Of a stretch of DNA of 64,000 bases, positions 50,501 through 62,042 are shown piece after piece; the stretch's first letter is position 1; the number at the start of each line of letters is the position of its first letter. The position numbers and the translations under genes are program-made. Source of the stretch: Hormiphora californensis (Eukaryota > Animalia > Ctenophora); assembly GCA_020137815.1 (NCBI GenBank), contig CM035353.1:3534001-3598000 (forward strand). Direction: 5' to 3'. The notes under the pieces were generated by a model that had not been told where the DNA came from, made no database searches, and saw only the letters and a program-made list of their open reading frames with translations.

Positions 50501-53500
50501 GAAAGATGAATTAGTGGTATTTCTAGAGTAGGGGGATGTAGAACTCCGTCCACTACTGCTCGTCGTGGAACATTGTCTGCTGGTTATGGAGGATTGTCTG
50601 CTTGTTGATTGCTGGGAAGATTGTCTGCTGATGGAACTAGATGCCCGGGTGGGTTGCTCTGATCCTCCATCGGAAGAGCTTCTTCTAGAACGGGATGGAT
50701 TTGTAGGAGTCGGGCTATTATTAGGGTCTCCTCCATTGGAAGAGCTCCTTCTAGAACTGGATGGATTTGTAGGAGTCGGGCTATTATTAGGGTCTCCTCC
50801 ATTGGAAGAGCTCCTTCTAGAACTGGATGGATTTGTAGGAGTCGGGCTATTATTAGGGTCTCCTCCATTGGAAGAGCTCCTCCTAGAACTGGATGGATTT
50901 GTAGGAGTTGGGCTATTATTAGGGTCTCCTCCATTGGAAGAGCTTCTTCTAGAACCGGATGGATTTGTAGGAGTCGGGCTATTATTAGGGTCTCCTCCAT
51001 TGGAAGAGCTCCTTCTAGAACTGGATGGATTTGTAGGAGTCGGGCTATTATTAGGGTCTCCTCCATTGGAAGAGGTCCTCCTAGAACTGGATGGATTTGT
51101 AGGAGTCGGGCTATTATTAGGGTCTCCTCCATTGGAAGAGGTCCTTCTAGAAATGGATGGATTTGTAGGAGTCGGGCTATTATTAGGGTATCCTCCATTG
51201 GAAGAGCTCCTTCTGGAACTGGCCCGTGAGTCTGATCCTCCCCTAGTGGAAGAAGAACTGAGGGGATTTCTCAGGCTAGTAGCACTACTTCTGGAAGTGG
51301 TCGAACTATTCCTAGATCTGGATGATAAGGATTGACGCGAAGGTGTTTCCCGAGGTGACTCCCTGTTTTCTACATCACGAGACGAACTCGTAGAGGACTT
51401 CCTACTTTTCCGACTAGAACTACTGAGTTTTGAGGACCTCTTAGATTCGATTGATGGTCCCCTACCTCCACCGGATGCTGACCTATCTCGTAAAGTTCGA
51501 TCAGATTTGATCGTCTCGGACGATTCATCGTCATCGGTGTTCATGGGATCATTTGACCACTTGCTGAGACTCACCAGAGTTGGTCGAGTTGAGATAGAGT
51601 TGGAGGGGTCAGTAGAAATGGTAGGAAGTACTCGGCCGTGGAACTGTGCAGGTTGCCTAGTGATTGGAATGTTAAATGTTGTGCCATTGAAGGATTCGCT
51701 AAAGTTCTCCGTTGGATCTTCGAACGCAAAAGAACTTTCTGATGGCGGGAACTGTGGTCGTGGGGCAGCAGGGTAAGTGGAAAACCTTTCAGGGCTGCCA
51801 CCAGGGGGACCACGAATCATATTGTGATCAGGGTTCCCCATCTCAGCAGATGGAGAGTGTGGTCTTGTGAATAGTGTCCTCTCACCTTCCTCCCCAGCTG
51901 TTAGAGCACCATGAACTTGCCGGGGGATTGGTATGGTAGGAAGTTGGATAACAGGCGGTCCATCCCTGGGTGCTGGTTCTTCAACTGCCACAATGGCAGG
52001 CTGGTGAGGTTGTACCTCCGTGGCAGGCTGGTGAGGTTGTACCTCTCTGGCAGGCTGGTGAGGTTGTACCTGATCCCTGGTAGGATGGTGAGGTTGTACC
52101 TCCGTGGCAGGCTGGTGGGGTTGTACCTCCCTGGCAGGCTGGTGAGGTTGTACCTCTCTGGCAGGCTGGTGAGGTTGTACCTCTCTGGCAGGCTGGTGAG
52201 GTTGTACCTCCCTGGTAGGATGGTGAGGTTGTACCTCCCTGGCAGGCTGGTGATGTTGTACCTCCCTGGCAGGCTGGTGATGTTGTACCTCCTTGGCAGG
52301 CTGGTGAGGTTGTACCTCCGTGGCAGGCTGGTGAGGTTGTACCTCTCTGGCAGGCTGGTGAGGTTGTACCTCTCTGGCAGGCTGGTGAGGTTGTACCTCT
52401 CTGGCAGGTTGGTGATGTTGTACCTCCCTGGCAGGCTGGTGAGGTTGTACCTCTCTGGCAGGCTGGTGAGGTTGTACCTGAGGTGTGATCCTCACCCAGC
52501 CAAAAGTTACGACATCCCATCTCCATAATAGAAACCACTGGTAGCAGTACATGCCTGTCCCACAACTACACAGCACACAAATACATGGGAGTGTGTTACA
52601 TCTACACACAAAAGAACACGCGGGTACTGTACCAGGAGCGGGCACTGTACCATGAGCGGGTACTATACCAGGAGTGGGTACTGCACCAGGAGCGGGTACT
52701 GTACCAGGAGCGGGCACTGCACCAGGAGCAGGTACTGTACCAGGAGCGGGTAATATACCAGGAGCGGGTACTGTACCAGGAGCGGGTAATATACCAGGAG
52801 TGGGTACTGTACCAGGAGCGGGCACTGTACCAGGAGTGGGCACTGTACCAGGAGTGGGCTCGTTCTGGGGATCTTTCATTCCCACAGTTCCACTATCAAT
52901 AGATTGTTGTTCAGGTTGTTGTTGAGAGATACTTGAGAGACTTATTCTCATGGGTGATAGCAGTGAATCTTCTCCAACTGGATCAATCAGTCCTTCCCCG
53001 GCCTCGATTGAACCATGCTGCAATCTGCCCTGATCCGCCCTAACCCATATCCCCAGGTCACCCCTCCAGATCCACTGCAATAGGGCCCACTGATAACAAC
53101 ATTCCGTCTCGCACCTACACTCCGGACAGGCGCATGGTACCCTTCCGCACGTGCAGGAAAAGTTGCACTGCGGTGGTGTCACAACTACTGCTGCTACACC
53201 ACACGTGTGTACACATGTACACAGTGGCGTAGCTGCTGGTACATTGCACTCACAGTACCCTTGGTTACACTTGCAGTAACTGATAACGGAATGGTCACAG
53301 GTACAGGTACAGGTACAGTAGCGACTACCATCATCCGTTACGGGCCTGTCGCACGTGCAATGACACTCACAGTAGGTGGCTGTTGTTGTTGTAGTGCTAC
53401 TGCTGATAGAGTCATCACGGCTACTGCACCTACAAATGCAGATACAGAGAAGACCACTCTTTATTCCCTCACTCCCATCACACTCACACACACAGGTACA

Positions 53501-53833
53501 GAAGGGAGGTGAGACCCGCTCACACTCACACCTGCACGTGCAGATGTTGGAGCTGTACTCATGGGGTGCAGGGCCACATACACAGTACTGGCCGGTACTG
53601 CACGTGCAAACATCAGGAGAAGAGGAACTGTCATCCGATGATGAGACGGGTGTTCGGGAAATTCGGCTGCCAGACTTCTGTTTTCGTCTCTTTCTTGATC
53701 GTGGTTGTGTTGGTTCCGTCGTACCGAGTTGCCGGGCTGTTTTAATACGGGCACGGTGCAAGGTTAGGCGGAGTTTTTGAAGTCGCTGAGATTTGAAGTG
53801 AACCCGCTTCTTAGAACCACTGCTTGGTGCCAT
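38559..53833 (-). CDS. Giant low-complexity repeat protein (~4,200 aa estimated), one huge exon plus terminal exon 38559-39655
   Basis: ORFs 49907-53833, 43648-49119, 42235-43512/39769-40368 and 38559-39656 are co-oriented. The TTTPYQP array lies on both sides of noisy 49455-49920 and reads in frame into 'PDVIRTTNDTNVPVIKAT'. A phase-1 GTAAG/TTTCAG intron (39656-39842; duplicate 42128-42344) joins LQLV to MTQSEQL. The breaks coincide with indel-rich sequence. Confidence 0.7.
39476..44308. repeat. Tandem ~2.4-kb duplication inside the giant gene (39476-41931 vs 41948-44308)
   Basis: Both copies start GAGTTGGAAGGCCGAACTTGCGGG and end GTAGTGGTGAGGTT; they differ by many 1-3 nt indels, some SNPs and an intronic AT-rich indel. 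Confidence 0.9.
44547..46038 (-). repeat. Coding 33-bp tandem array (APEQPYNQRPA) x ~45
   Basis: ORF translation and nucleotide period. Confidence 0.95.
46230..48180 (-). repeat. Coding 33-bp tandem array (TPIGTQA[S/T/R]P[Y/D/G][G/V]) x ~59
   Basis: ORF translation. Confidence 0.95.
49150..50310 (-). repeat. Coding 21-bp heptad array (TTTPYQP), interrupted by a degraded block at ~49455-49920
   Basis: GTAGTTGGTTGGTAGGGTGTT units on the + strand on both sides of the noisy block. Confidence 0.9.
50690..51215 (-). repeat. Coding 66-bp array (RRSSSNGGDPNNSPTPTNPSSS) x ~8
   Basis: ORF translation; 66-nt period. Confidence 0.95.
51995..52478 (-). repeat. Coding 27-bp array (EVQPHQPAR) x ~18
   Basis: ORF translation. 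Confidence 0.95.
52620..52860 (-). repeat. Coding 18-bp array (PGTVPA) x ~13
   Basis: ORF translation. Confidence 0.9.
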
Positions 53834-54506
53834 ATTACACGCTATAAAGGAGGTATCAACTATTAGTAAAGGGGTGGACGGACTCTAATACTAACGGATT
53901 CTATATATCTAAACCCCAGGCGGGTGACAGATATACTTCAGGCGTGTTACAACTTACAACTTACAGATATACTTCTAGGGTTCAAAGTTATGCAGATATC
54001 TCAAATTAAAGGCACTGCGACAAATCAATAAAGGTTTTAGCATACTTGGCTTATACCGCTGAGAAAGTGATTTGAATTAAACGGTGCGTGTGTAATTGGG
54101 AGGTGTAGTTTTCACCATGGCCCAAAATATGAACCGCCCCCCCCCCTTATTATATGTCTCAAGATGATAGCTCATCAAGGAAGGAATAATATTATCACAG
54201 CGCGCGGATTTAATGGATATATGGGGCATGATTATAATATTATACTGTTACCATGGTAACAATTGGGCAACTATGTCCCCCTAAAAACCACGGTGGAGAG
54301 TGAATACATGTTTAAAGTGACTAGCTGACACGACACCTAACTAATTCGTTGGTTCTCCTAAACCGGGAAAAAATGTGTAACAAGAGTTTTTGTGTAGCCA
54401 TTGTACTGAGAATTATGGAATATAGACCCTTCTAATTAAGATTAGGCCTCAATGCCACGTGGTACAATTGCATATATATTTTCAGCCTGCAAGGACAAAA
54501 CGGTGA

Positions 54507-54776
54507 GGGGTGATTAAAAAAGGACGTCCAGGGGTAGGGGGAGGGGGAGGTAGCCGATTTCGGACATCTCTGGACAAGGGGGGAGGGGGTTGACGTAATT
54601 CGGACTGTCCCAGGTTTATAGAAAAATTTTACTGATTTTTCTAGATATAGGTGGACGAAACTCGAACAGGAGGAGGGAGGGGGTCTGGCAGATTCGGACA
54701 GACCTAGACAGGGGGAGGGAGGGAGGGAGAGGTAAAAAATGACCAAAAATCACGGACGTCCTTTTTTAATCGCCCC
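54507..54776. mobile_element. PIF/Harbinger-type MITE
   Basis: GGGGTGATTAAAAAAGGACGTCC ... GGACGTCCTTTTTTAATCGCCCC; flanks TGA / TAA. Confidence 0.8.
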
Positions 54777-54929
54777 TAAAATCGAGGGTACTATAAAATG
54801 ATCAGCGTCATGTTTTATAATAGTAATACGGGGGTAGGTGGTGGAATTGAGTCCCTATCTCATCAGATTAATTACGTAATTGGATAATTGGTGTGCACAT
54901 ATCCGGAAATTGAATATGCTCCTTAGATA

Positions 54930-55243
54930 GAAAAGGTCGTGCGGCCATTTCTGGTGAAAATGGGCCCATTTACGGCTATTAACGCGCCCATTCTCAACAA
55001 TATGGGACCATTCTCGCTGGACATGGCTGAAAGTGATTCTTCTAGAGCTACGACGCAATTGTGTGGTTGCACGCCGCACGGCTTTAAAATTGCGCATTCT
55101 GCTGTTAGTGTTTTTCAGCGAGAATGGGCGCGTTGTGGGCCCATACCATCGAAAATGGGTCCATATTGTTGAAAATGGGCGCGTAATTGGCCGTAAAATG
55201 TAAATGGGCCCATTTTCGCTAGAAATGGCCGCGTGAACTTTCC
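54930..55243. mobile_element. Palindromic MITE (AAATGGGCCCATTT family)
   Basis: GCGGCCATTTCTGGTGAAAATGGGCCCATTTA vs TAAATGGGCCCATTTTCGCTAGAAATGGCCGC. Confidence 0.75.
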
Positions 55244-55507
55244 AAGCACACGAACAAAGTTTGGACCGGACGAGCAATTCCCTTGATACAACTGTCAGAG
55301 CATTGGTCAGACCCTATTCTCATTAATTATTTTAAATATATGCTCTGACCTGATCAGTGACCACGGTTCTCGCGTGCTCCTTATAAGGAACTACATATAT
55401 CTTTGGGATATATATCTGATTGTGTACTTCCCCCTAGCGCTGCATAGAAATAAGCTCAGCTTCCTAGGCAAGGAGATAAGATTCACTAACCGTGTAACAC
55501 TTATCTC

Positions 55508-55563
<56 letters not shown>

Positions 55564-55732
55564 CGCATTTCTTCATCTATAATCTCGCTATTTGTTGAGA
55601 GCTAGTTTACCTGTTTACTGATCTTGTATCCAGCTGCGAAGGATAATATCTCTGCTTAGTACTCATCTTCCCGTCTGTGCAGTGTAAGGGGTGTGTGAGA
55701 CTCTCTCTCTCTCTTGCTGCTCATTGGTTTCC

Positions 55733-55811
55733 TCTTATCACGTGATCACCTTTACGTGTTCTCTGATTGGCCAATTTCTCCCATATCACGTGATTGGGCG
55801 CGTGATACGTG
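55733..55811. promoter_or_regulatory. Candidate promoter module: clustered CCAAT boxes and E-boxes between two divergent genes
   Basis: Three ATTGG plus one CCAAT, two ATCACGTGAT palindromes and two further ACGTG within ~80 bp, between ATGs at 53833(-) and 56607(+). Confidence 0.4.
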
Positions 55812-56163
55812 TCCAGCAAAACCATGCAATGAGACGACCTCCAAATTCTCCACAAAGAGATTGCCCAATTACGGGGACCCAATTTGCATTCCAGTCCGGT
55901 CTCATCATGGTACCATGTCATGTCTGTGTGGGCGACACGCCGACACTCGATCCCCTGGCTCTCTGATCACTTGACCCCGGCCCCTTTAAACCACACCCCT
56001 ATCACTGTGCACTTTGGATTGATTGTTGGCAGCTAGTTTTTTTGACAGGTTTCTAATCCTCAACGCCACTCAGTTTCCTGTTTCGCGTTTGCCCCTTTCT
56101 CTTTCCTGGTAAGGTGTGTGTGACAAACACACGCTCTCTCTCACGCTCTCTCTCACGCTCTCA

Positions 56164-56232
<69 letters not shown>

Positions 56233-56606
56233 GCTCTTTCAAACTCTCTCTTTTTTATCACGGCCGTACTCTTTGTTTCCTCTATTGACCACCTTGAGGC
56301 TTGCGTAGTGGCCGTTGCAGGGTGAGAGAACAATGACAGGGTTTTAATTGCACTGTGTTGTTTTAATTGCTGTTTTGAATTAAATAACTGTTTTCATGGC
56401 CGTCTTGTGGAGATGGGAGAGAGTGATAAATACTTGTTTCTCCATTTTGAGCTTGTTGTTGAATTTCCATAGCTGATTTATCAGCTATGAAAATTCAGGC
56501 AGTGATAAAACTTGCCTTGTTGAGGAACTTAATGTTTGTCAGTTAATTAACTAGACAAATCCCTAAACATGTGTAACATATCTATCCCCTATTATAGAAC
56601 AGTAAA

Positions 56607-58246
56607 ATGGAAAACCTTGGTGTATTCTCCGATGCCTATCCTGCCTGCCCATTTCCCCGATCCTTCAGTTACCAGATCAAGAAAAGCTGTAAGTTGTCAT
56701 CATATCAACGATCAAATTTATTCTGTAAATTAATTCCGCACACTTTCTGCTCAGAAAATCACATTTCCCGGGCCGCTGCACTATAATAATAAGCTCCACG
56801 TGACCTCTAACCTCCTTCTCATACAGGTGAACCCATCAAGACAACTTCCCCCGCGGCACTTCCCGATTCCACAGAGGATATCCATATGTTTGACAGTCCC
56901 GAGCGGGACTCAGAGGATTTCGAGAGGAGCTTGAAGAAAACCATGGAGTGCATCGCACAGGTAGGATCAGGGAATTTAACTGCAGCTCAATTATAGGTTG
57001 ACCAATCGGCTGTTTTTGGGTCGCATTGTTTCTGATAAAATGAATACTGTTTATTATGGTAGGGAATTTAGTTGGTGACATTATAGTACATAGTTGAGTC
57101 GCTTGACACTATTTCCGTGTTTTTGAATAAAAATAAAGTATCAACAATTCAAGTAAATAGACACCTGTGCGTGCGAGATCGAAGCGAATAGAACTTTTGT
57201 CACAATTTACCCCTCTATTGTAACACGTTATGTAACACGTTATGTAACACGTTATATCATGTTCACAGGTGTGTGATACAACAGTGCCAGATATCTCGAA
57301 CACACCACTAAAATCCTCCTCCCCTCCTCCACCCCGGATACTCCCCAGCAGTTCTCCCGTTAAACCCGCCGCCCTGTCCCCTGCAAAGGGACCTCCTGTA
57401 GTAGAACAATGCTATACCCCCGAGCAGAACAACCATCACCCGTCCCGTGGTACTGTGGCGGGAGAGTTTGGTCCTATTACAAGCCGCAAGTTCGCCACTC
57501 CCCCTCACCATCCGTACAGCCGTGGCGCATCCCGGATAAAACGGGAACGGGCGGATGAAGAGAGAGGGATTCTGGAGCAGATCAGACCTCCACCCAAACC
57601 GGGCTACCAACCTCCACCTCCTGCGGATCAAATCCACCAGCCAAGGGTTGGGTCAGAGGAACCGCCGCCCTACTCAGCAGAGTCTCAGCAGCAGCAACAT
57701 GACCAGATGAGGGGAAAACACAACCCAAACCCTGAACATTTTATCTTCCCGGAGTGCCCTCCCGATATTCAGGTTTGTGGGTGTGTTAGAACTGTGTGTT
57801 TTAGATGTTGTGTTGGTATACCATTCAGATTTCAGGTAGATGTAAGGTATACTGTATTAATATTCTCGAGAATATCCCTCTTCAGAAAGAGTTCTTCATG
57901 TTTTACATGCAGCGGTGTTTGTCCCAACAGCAACAAGGCGGTTACCCTCCGGCCCAACACTCTAGTGGAACAGCAGCTGCGACAGTACCCCCACCACCCT
58001 ACAACATGCACTCAGGTGAGGTTCTATATTGTTTTTAATTCTTATTTCATTATTAACATTTAGCGACATGACACCTTTATTTGGTAGGATATATCATTTC
58101 ACTGTTTCACTGTTTTCACCCAATTAAGACCTTGGTGTAGGTCGTGCCACTGCAGGGCTTGTGTGTAATTGGGTTGTACCAGCTCACGATTGCCCCCACC
58201 TGCGGTACCCTCAGGCTTCCCACCATCACCAATCCTTTTTCCGACG

Positions 58247-58285
<39 letters not shown>

Positions 58286-59540
58286 TTAGATAGAGATAAG
58301 TAAATAATATGGAGGCGAGAGTACGAGAGTGGAGGGAGAGAGAGGGGATCAAGTCGACTCCTGTTAATTGAGGGACCATTCCCCCCAATTACTGGGTTTT
58401 CCCTGAACCCCATCACTATTCAACACTGAAAAAATTAAATGTGGGGGTGCAGTCCCACCCCAAAATTTGGGTTTTTGCAAGGGGTGGGGCACGTTTTTTA
58501 GTTTTAAACAAAAGAAGAAGAAAAAAAGAGAAGGAAGAGCGAAAAGCGAGACAGAGATAGGATAAGAGAGAGAGGAAGATGGGAGAGAAATTCTTTTCCC
58601 TTTTTTTGGGGTTTTTAAAAACCCCCCCCGGGGGGGGGGGGGAAAGAAATTGGGGGGGGGGGGGTTTTTTTTTTTTAAAAAGATCTTTTTTTGGGGGAAA
58701 CAGAAGGGGGAAGGGGGGGGTTTTTTAATATGTCCGAGTTCCCACCTTTTTAAAAGGGGAAAAACCTAAAAAAAATAAAACCCCATTTTCCCCCTTTTTA
58801 CCTGTTCTGTCGGGCCGGGGGCCGGGCGCACGGGGGTTTCAACAACCCCCCCAAAAAACACATCCCTAATCAAGCTTGGCAGCTTTATGCTTTCCCCATG
58901 TTTTTTCTAAATTTCCCCCTAACAACAGCCACCTAACAACCCCCCGACAACCCCCCTAAAAACCCCCCTGGCCCTAACAACAGCTCCTGTTTTCCCAGGT
59001 GTCCCTGCACCTCCAACTTCTTACCCGACTCCAGTGGACAACCACCAGAAGCGGTACGTTGACAGCACCACCTCCCCCATCCACCCTCCCCCACGACTAG
59101 TGGAGGAAAAAGAGAATGTTCAATCCCCCCTGGCTACTGGTGGACCCACTGTTACATCCCGGCCTGGTTCAACAGAGAACCATCATCAGGGCGGTGCTGC
59201 ATCCTCCTGGCCTTATCAGCAGACACCCAATCAACACCAATCTGGACAAGGTGAGAGAGTTGTATGATATCTATTCTATAACTTATTGTTTGTGAAACTA
59301 GTACAGAATGCTGTTTGGGAAACCACTTGTCCATGAGAAACTATACTTGTCAACCGTTTGGGAGGAGCAAACTGGCAAATCGGTCTAATTTAGTTTAGTT
59401 GGTGGGGGTCTTTTTCCCCATTAGAAAGTTAATGGGGTAACTAATCCCAGGGTCTTTTGAAAGGAGAAAAATGGGATTGGCCTGTTGTCATGTACCACTC
59501 TCAATCCCAATCCAATAATAGTGTGCTTATTACTCTCTTT

Positions 59541-59579
<39 letters not shown>

Positions 59580-61299
59580 TTTTCTCTCTTTCTATATAAT
59601 TTTTTTCATAGTAGGGTGTGGTGGTACCAGCTGAGGGATGAGACAAAAATGTCTTGAGGGCCGGGTGCCCCAGCTTATTTTAGTGTAATACTGGAAATAT
59701 TAGCTGGTATTGACTGATGAGGTTTTGGCTGCTGTGTTGGCAGGTGGGACTGACAGTAAACAACCAATCAGAACTCGTTATGTAGGTCACGTGGTTATCC
59801 GCCAATCAGGGACCAGTATTTCCTGATTCGGAAATGGCAGGTGGGACTGACAGATTTTATCCGGCCTATCAGTGTGATCATGTGGCACAAAACTTCCGTA
59901 AAATTAAGTGTAACAGTTCACATCCGGTTCTCTTTTCAACAATTTATGTCCCCCTCTGTCCCCCTCTCTCTCATTTATCTACCAACTATAACTATGTGTA
60001 TATTACTGGTGTAGCTTACACCGCATTTCATTTCGCGCTCTGTTCGGTTGATCTAACAATGACAACCAAAATGTCAAATACCAAACTTATAATTCATCTC
60101 TAACCCCAATATCCTCCTCCCAGGCCCTGAGGTGAAACCACAGAAGCTCCACTTCAACTTCCCCAGCCCGGACGCTGGAGGAGCACCACCACCACCTCGG
60201 ACTCCCTCAGTACCCCCTAGCACGCCCATCATGGGACCATCCCTGGAATGCGGAGTCCTGGGTCCATCCCCTTCAATAACCGGACACCGGACCACCTCCT
60301 CAGGGAGTTCACCCTACGCACCACCACCCTACACTACCGAGCAGCAGAGATATGGGACCCCCCAGCAGCATCATCATGGTTACCATGGCAACTACCCAGT
60401 TGATAGATCACATCCCGGGATCTACCATCCCGCTGATACCCATCCCCCAAGAGGAGGAGATCAGAGGTACCAGCAGCAACGGGCCAGCCCACCTGTCATG
60501 TATGATGTGCCCAGATCATCCTATGATAACCCGCCCAGATCCTACAGCAGTACAGCCCCTCCAGCCCGATACACGGAACCTAGTCGACCACCCCCTCCTG
60601 GTGATATATCTCATTCCTTCCCCGGCCGTACATCCACCACCCCACATCACGGGGAACGGATATCCACCACCCCTCATCACACGGGGGAGCGGATATACGA
60701 GCAGGTACACAGATCAGGGTCTGCAGATCCTGCCGTATCCAGACCACCTAACCTACCATCCCACATGTTCCCTGACACGAGGACTCTCCAGTTCCACTCT
60801 CCGCCCACCAGCAGGACAAATTCCTCTCGACCTCCCTTCCCACCCACAACCGGGGCAGCAGCAGATAAGGCCATCCCGGACAACCTAGCTGCTGGATATC
60901 TACCCAACCCCGCCCAAGATCATCACGTGTTCCAAGCCTCCAAACCGTTCACTCCAGATCTCATGAGTGCACGCGAGAAGTTTAGCTTTCGAGACACTAT
61001 CGGAAAGTTATTGAACAAGAAACGATCCCCAACTGAGCCCCCTGCAGCAGCTCCCAGCTCCCTGAACAACATGATGAACATTGCAGGGACGACACCCGGT
61101 GGGATGAACACTAAACGGACCAAGTTTTCAAATGAACAACTGAGGGTCTTAGAGCATTACTATCACAATGTCAATAAGTACGTGACAGGGACGAACAAGG
61201 GTGCCCTGTGCCAGGTCACGGGCTTTGGAGTTGAACACTATTTTGATGTGGTTCCAGAACAAACGAGCCCGGGAGAAGAAGCAGAGAAGCGCCGTTTGA
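56607..61299 (+). CDS. Pro-rich divergent homeobox transcription factor (~758 aa; exons 56607-56688, 56827-56960, 57269-57772, 57886-58015, 58999-59250, 60124-61299 with one extra T at 61224-61226)
   Basis: All five introns are GT/AG with consistent phases (1,0,0,1,1). Removing one T from GGCTTTGGAG gives MNTKRTKFSNEQLRVLEHYYHNVNKYVTGTNKGALCQVTGLELNTILMWFQNKRAREKKQRSAV*, a homeodomain with R5/F8/L13/L16 and WFQNKR. Confidence 0.88.
59757..59832. mobile_element. TIR-less core of the CAGGAACCGACCGAA MITE between 19-bp direct repeats
   Basis: The core matches the interior of 27398-27506; TGGCAGGTGGGACTGACAG at 59738-59756 and 59835-59853. Confidence 0.7.
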
Positions 61300-61456
61300 G
61301 ATCTTTTGAAAAGTACTGAGTTATGTCTATGCAGGGTGCTACTTAACTTGATATGATATGATTGTGTGCCCCCCGTAAATTATCGTTTTTCAATTTAAAC
61401 TTCTGTTGAGAGGAAGTCAAATCTTTTAGCTATGTTTTTTAGCTCAGCATATTAAT

Positions 61457-61565
61457 CAGGAACCGACCGAAACAAGTAAACAACCAATCAGAACTGGTTA
61501 TTTAGGTCACGTGACTGGTTATCAGCCAATCAGGGACCAGTATTTCCTGATTCGGTCGGTTCCTG
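61457..61565. mobile_element. 109-bp hAT MITE (CAGGAACCGACCGAA family), copy 4, just 3' of the homeobox stop
   Basis: Perfect TIRs and perfect 8-bp TSD ATATTAAT. Confidence 0.95.
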
Positions 61566-61795
61566 ATATTAATCTTTATTTAACCAACCGATAACATTAA
61601 CATGATCATTGTTTGTTCAGAGTAACACGTATATATATAACGCTCGACTTTTTTTGCATATTACTAATAACCATGAATACTGAATAGAAATATAGTTTGC
61701 ATTATCATGATATATCTATGATATATCATAGTATCATATCTAATCTAGAAGTGGAAAATGACTGTACAGGTACTGAACTGACGGAGCTATACAAT

Positions 61796-62042
61796 TAGGG
61801 TAGCGACTGGTTATTTGAAATGGCGGCACCCCCTCTACAGGCAGGTGCACCAGATTTGGATTTTTAGACATCAGTGGGCTTGGCATGAGTTCTGACTAGC
61901 CCACTGATGTCTAAAAATCCAAATGTGGTGCACCTGCTGGCCTATAATAGAGGGAGTGTTTCAAATTAGCCGGCGGCTAATTTGAAACACCCCCTCTATT
62001 ATAGGCCAGCCGCCATTTCAAATAGCCAGTCGTTCTACCCTA
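61796..62042. mobile_element. MITE with ~30-bp TIRs and an internal ~40-bp stem-loop
   Basis: TAGGGTAGCGACTGGTTATTTGAAATGGCGG vs CCGCCATTTCAAATAGCCAGTCGTTCTACCCTA; internal arms ~61841-61880 and ~61898-61938. Confidence 0.8.

Noticed and set aside
44490-52925. Long + strand ORFs (e.g. 44490-46088, 44527-46047, 46213-48282, 50565-51335)
   Set aside because: Open only within the repeat arrays; only the minus-strand frame stays open through unique sequence.
58400-58980. Additional homeobox exon or element
   Set aside because: Homopolymer noise; the flanking exons already join in phase.
61221-61230. Programmed ribosomal frameshift in the homeobox gene
   Set aside because: No slippery heptamer or stimulatory structure seen, and the assembly has many indel errors.
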